Shown here one piece after another: positions 57,877 to 61,460 of a stretch of DNA of 61,460 nucleotides (within the stretch, counting starts at the first letter, position 1; every line of letters starts with the position of its first letter). The translations under genes and the position numbers were made by a program. The notes below the pieces were generated by a model that was not told the DNA's origin, did no database searches, and was given only the letters and a program-made list of their open reading frames with translations. This stretch comes from Acidimicrobiia bacterium (GTDB lineage: Bacteria > Actinomycetota > Acidimicrobiia > Spongiisociales > JAENVV01), in assembly GCA_041577335.1 (NCBI GenBank), contig JBFGJH010000014.1:1-61460 (forward strand), written 5' to 3'.

Positions 57877-58773
57877 TCAAAGGATCGCGGCAAACGCCTC
57901 TGTCAGCGTGGGATGCTCGAACTCAAACCCTCGCTCCGTGAGGACCTCGGGATGCACCCGCTGGCTCGCCAGGAGCAGGTCCTGGGCGAGCTCCGAGCCC
58001 AACACCGCCTTCAGTGCGAACGAAGGAACCGACAGAAACGATGGTCGCGAAAGCGCACTGGCGAGTTGGTCGGTCAAATCCTTGTTTCTCACGGGGTCGG
58101 GAGCGGTCAGGTTGACGGGTCCGGACAGGCCATCATCCATGATCGCGGCGACGATGGCACGCACCTCGTCGGTCATCGAAATCCAGCTTATCCATTGGTT
58201 GCCAGGACCGAGCTTGCCTCCCGCTCCCATCTTGAAGATGGGAAGCATCTTGGGCATCAGCTCTCCGCCTTCTTTGGCGAGCACGATGCCTGTACGAACA
58301 ATGACGAGACGAGCCCCCAAGTCGGCGATGGCCTCGGCTTCGTGCTCCCACGCCTTGGTGACGTCTGCGAGGAAACCTTGCCCCGCGGCAGATTCCTCAG
58401 TCAGGATCTCGTCGCCGCGGTCTCCGTAGTAACCGATGGCTGACCCCGAAACAACGATGGGAACTTCGAGCTGCTCGACGATGCTCGCAACGGTACGAGT
58501 GCCATCGACCCGGCTCTGGAGAATCGCTTGGCGCTTGGAAGACGTCCACCGGAGCGAGGTCCAGCCTCCGCCAATCGACTCACCGGCGAGGTGAACGATC
58601 GCGTCGAGCTTTCCAAGAGCGGGCATGTCCACCGTGTGGCTGGCCGGGTCCCACCCAACCATTCCTTCGCCTGCCCGACGCCCGATCCCCACAACATCGT
58701 GTCCGTCCTTGCGCAGCGCATCGGACACCGCACTTCCTATGAATCCCGAGGCTCCAGTAATTGCTATCCGCAT
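57877..58773 (-). CDS. TIGR01777 (YfcH/SDR39U1-like) NAD-dependent epimerase family protein
   Basis: ITGASGFIG, HLAGESI, SRVDGT, SAIGYYG, RTGIVL, QWISWI, NLTAPDPV, SQRVHP. Confidence 0.94.
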   Translation of the reverse strand: MRIAITGASGFIGSAVSDALRKDGHDVVGIGRRAGEGMVGWDPASHTVDMPALGKLDAIVHLAGESIGGGWTSLRWTSSKRQAILQSRVDGTRTVASIVEQLEVPIVVSGSAIGYYGDRGDEILTEESAAGQGFLADVTKAWEHEAEAIADLGARLVIVRTGIVLAKEGGELMPKMLPIFKMGAGGKLGPGNQWISWISMTDEVRAIVAAIMDDGLSGPVNLTAPDPVRNKDLTDQLASALSRPSFLSVPSFALKAVLGSELAQDLLLASQRVHPEVLTERGFEFEHPTLTEAFAAIL

Positions 58774-58778
58774 ACCCA

Positions 58779-59582
58779 CTATCCGAGGCTGCGGACAGAT
58801 ACGGATGAGGCATTGCCAAACAGGGCGCGCGATGCCTGCCCTTCGGGACAATCATCGAGAACCGCGCAGTATTGGCACCACGGGCCGGCGCGCCTCTCCA
58901 GCTCGTTTCCGCTCGACCACGAATTGCGAAGAGCAGTGACCATGGAGGCAACCTTCTCGGCAACGAGCTGCACACCAGCTCGAGTGGGCGACTCGGCCAG
59001 TTGTTCACCGGTCTTCACCGAATACGCTTCGACGACGCCAGGCAGTTCGCCCTTCTCGAGAAGCCACAACAACGCGTAGAAGCGCAGTTGAACCAACGGA
59101 TCGCCGAGACTGCCGGTTTTCCAATCCACGAGCCTCACCTGGTCGTCTGTCCCGAAAACTGCATCGATCGAGCCAAACAACACCACGTCGGAACCAATGT
59201 CGGCTTCGACGGCGATTTCGGCGCCACCGAACCCCTCTGTGGGGAAAGCTTTGAATCGCTCATACAAAGCCCCCACCTCCTCGATGACGGCGCGGATTCC
59301 GGAAGGTTTCAGATTGAGGGAGGCGATCTTCATGTTCAGGTGCTTGGCCCCGATCTCCTCGCGACAGACCTGGTCGAACGAATCGGCTTCGATAGGCCCG
59401 CTGCGGAGATGCCGGGCGAAGACCTGATGCGCCAGGCCGCCCCGAAACGCCGGTACCGAGTCTGGCCCATAGAAGCCCTCGAATCGAGCCCCGGCACGGA
59501 AATGGCACTCGTCGTAGCTCACGAATGACGAAGCGGAGACCCTGACCGGCTCGCCGGGAGGGATCGGAGGGAACTGGATCAC
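58779..59582 (-). CDS. Stand-alone PD-(D/E)xK nuclease, RecB/AddB/Cas4-like, with 4-Cys (probable Fe-S) site
   Basis: SASSFVSYDEC, G..AH, GSIDAV, VDWKTG, QLRFY, WCQYC...C. Confidence 0.88.
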   Translation of the reverse strand: MIQFPPIPPGEPVRVSASSFVSYDECHFRAGARFEGFYGPDSVPAFRGGLAHQVFARHLRSGPIEADSFDQVCREEIGAKHLNMKIASLNLKPSGIRAVIEEVGALYERFKAFPTEGFGGAEIAVEADIGSDVVLFGSIDAVFGTDDQVRLVDWKTGSLGDPLVQLRFYALLWLLEKGELPGVVEAYSVKTGEQLAESPTRAGVQLVAEKVASMVTALRNSWSSGNELERRAGPWCQYCAVLDDCPEGQASRALFGNASSVSVRSLG

Positions 59583-59652
59583 AGGACCAATGTATCAAGA
59601 CTGGCTACCGCAAACGAGCACTACAATCCCGCCCCCACGAGGAGGACACCGC

Positions 59653-61460
59653 CTGCGCAAGAAGAGCAGCCTCATTCTCGCCGGCGCCCTGGTGGCGCTT
59701 CTATTGGTCGCGGCGGGCTGGTACCGGCTCGATCGCTCGAGCTATCACGCGCGGGTGGCGCGCAACGTGTACGTGGCAGGCATCGATCTGGGCGGAATGT
59801 CCGAAGCTGACGCCTCAGCAGCAATCCGCAGTCACGAGGACACGCTGCTGGCGGCCCGTACGATCGTGGTCGACGACGAATCTGTGATCCTGGAGCCGGC
59901 AATCGTCGGCCTCGACATCGACGAAGAGGCGGTCGCTGCCAAGGCGTTTGCCGTTGGACGCGCCGGCGGCTGGTTCCAACAGCTGCGCGATTGGCTGGGC
60001 ACGCTTCGCAACGAGACGGTCGTCGCCGCGCCTGTCTCGTTTGACGATGACAGCATCGAGGATCTGTTTCTGACCTGGGAGACCGAAGTCCTGGGCTCCG
60101 ACCTCGGAGCCGGCGGCGTCGTCTTGGCGGGCCTCGAGCCCCAGCCGGTCTACCCGGATCCGATCCGCCGGATCGACCGGACGGTCGCGTTCGACCGGCT
60201 CCAGGACGGTCTGGCCGACCCGCAGCAGACTGAGATCGAGATCGCCACCGCCGTCACCGCCGCCCCTCTCGACGCTGCCACCATCGACGCAGCCGTGGCG
60301 GTCGCCGAGACCCTTCTCGCGGGCCCTGTCACCCTCGAGGCAGACGACGGCTCGGTTGAGATCACCGTCACCGAGCTCGACCTCGCCAAAGCATTCATCG
60401 CGGAGACCAAACTCGAGCCGGTCCCTGCCGTAGAGATCGGGCTCGACCCCGAACTGCTCGATCCGGCTTTTGCCGAGATCAGGGAGGTTTTCGCCGAAGA
60501 ATTCAAGGATGCCGAATTCGAAGTCGTTGGCGACACCGTATCGATCGTGCCCGGGATCCAAGGCCCGCGTGTCAACAGCGAACTGGCAATCGAAGAGATA
60601 TTCATCGCCGTCGAGACACCGGCGCGGCGTGGTCGCCTCCCTCTCGATCGGAATGCCGACCCAGATGTGACCGCCGCGGACCTCGAAGAGCTCCAGGTGA
60701 ACCACCTTGTTTCCGCCTTCACCACCTACCACGATTGTTGCGCAAACCGGGTGGTCAACATCCATCTCATGGCTGACGCAGTAAACGAAACCTTGCTGCT
60801 GCCCGGTGAGACCTTCTCACTCAATGGACATGTTGGCGAGCGCACGTCCGACAAGGGCTACTTGCCTGCGGGCACCATCATCGACGGGGAACTCGTCGAC
60901 ACGGTCGGCGGTGGTGTGAGCCAGTTCGCCACAACGCTCTATAACGCCGTGTTCTGGGGCGGATACGAGGACATCTTCCACAAACCGCATAGCCTCTATT
61001 TCTCGCGCTATCCGGAAGGGATCGAGGCCACGGTGAACTGGCCCAACGTTGATCTCGAGTTCCGCAACGACAGAGACACGGCGCTCCTCATCGCCACCGA
61101 GTACACCGACACGTCCTTGACCCTGAAGTTCTTCGCTGAGAACGGCGGCCGGACCGTGCGCGGCGAACAACGCGGCGGCGTCACCTCCATCAACGTGACC
61201 AGCGAAGGAACCGACGCCATCATCGTCGACGGCTCGGTGTCGGGCCGATATGGGTTCACGTCGCCGTCGACTGAATACCGAGCCGACAGCTCCCTGAAGC
61301 CGGAATCCCAACAAACGATCCAGAATGGCCGAGACGGATGGTCCGTGAACGTCACGAGGACGTTGACCTACCCAGATGGGACGATCGAGACACAGGAGTG
61401 GGTCACTCGCTACGTCGCCCAGCCGACCATTATTGTGGTCCATCCGTGCAAGGTCCCCGG
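59653..61460 (+). CDS. VanW family protein (3' end beyond the window; not in ORF track)
   Basis: TM anchor, VYVAGIDLGGMS, then NRVVNI, LLPGETFSLN, GGGVSQFATTLYNA, PHS, YPEGIEATV, DLEFRND. Start probably CTG 59653 (alternative ATG 59590). Confidence 0.92.
   Translation, partial: MRKKSSLILAGALVALLLVAAGWYRLDRSSYHARVARNVYVAGIDLGGMSEADASAAIRSHEDTLLAARTIVVDDESVILEPAIVGLDIDEEAVAAKAFAVGRAGGWFQQLRDWLGTLRNETVVAAPVSFDDDSIEDLFLTWETEVLGSDLGAGGVVLAGLEPQPVYPDPIRRIDRTVAFDRLQDGLADPQQTEIEIATAVTAAPLDAATIDAAVAVAETLLAGPVTLEADDGSVEITVTELDLAKAFIAETKLEPVPAVEIGLDPELLDPAFAEIREVFAEEFKDAEFEVVGDTVSIVPGIQGPRVNSELAIEEIFIAVETPARRGRLPLDRNADPDVTAADLEELQVNHLVSAFTTYHDCCANRVVNIHLMADAVNETLLLPGETFSLNGHVGERTSDKGYLPAGTIIDGELVDTVGGGVSQFATTLYNAVFWGGYEDIFHKPHSLYFSRYPEGIEATVNWPNVDLEFRNDRDTALLIATEYTDTSLTLKFFAENGGRTVRGEQRGGVTSINVTSEGTDAIIVDGSVSGRYGFTSPSTEYRADSSLKPESQQTIQNGRDGWSVNVTRTLTYPDGTIETQEWVTRYVAQPTIIVVHPCKVP

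Noticed and set aside
58779..59582. Cas4 of a CRISPR-Cas locus
   Set aside because: No cas1, cas2 or array in the window.
59815..61443. Minus-strand ORFs of 316 and 208 aa
   Set aside because: Antisense to the VanW gene, whose motifs are clear on the + strand.

Overview
High-GC, gene-dense chromosomal segment with about 56 CDS. Gene content and many apparently leaderless TANNNT promoters suggest an actinobacterium, possibly Acidimicrobiia (inference). In order it holds: a MoxR/ABC/membrane-protein operon, a CobB sirtuin, an NHLRC2-like thioredoxin-NHL lipoprotein, an orphan PilT, NfuA, malQ, pfkA, thiN, a fatty-acyl-CoA degradation cluster, sseA/sufE, murI, a CPA2-USP antiporter, gpsA, a four-gene nurA-herA-sbcD(mre11)-sbcC(rad50) operon, several redox, transport and lipoprotein genes, a dynamin-like GTPase pair with MscS, two PD-(D/E)xK proteins and a partial VanW gene. 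I saw no rRNA, tRNA, transposase, integrase or CRISPR array. The main signals missing from the ORF track are: (1) an OsmC-family gene (46753-47220) with an in-frame TGA at the catalytic Cys position and a SECIS-like hairpin, i.e. a probable selenoprotein, translationally coupled to a degenerate eIF2B-like gene whose more canonical paralog lies about 3.3 kb away; (2) two candidate C-rich, three-hairpin small RNAs (30419-30548 +, 52140-52270 -) that resemble each other; (3) a tiny FlgM-like anti-sigma ORF; (4) REP-like palindromic elements; (5) a probable CTG start codon. All calls come from manual motif reading; no searches or folding programs were run.
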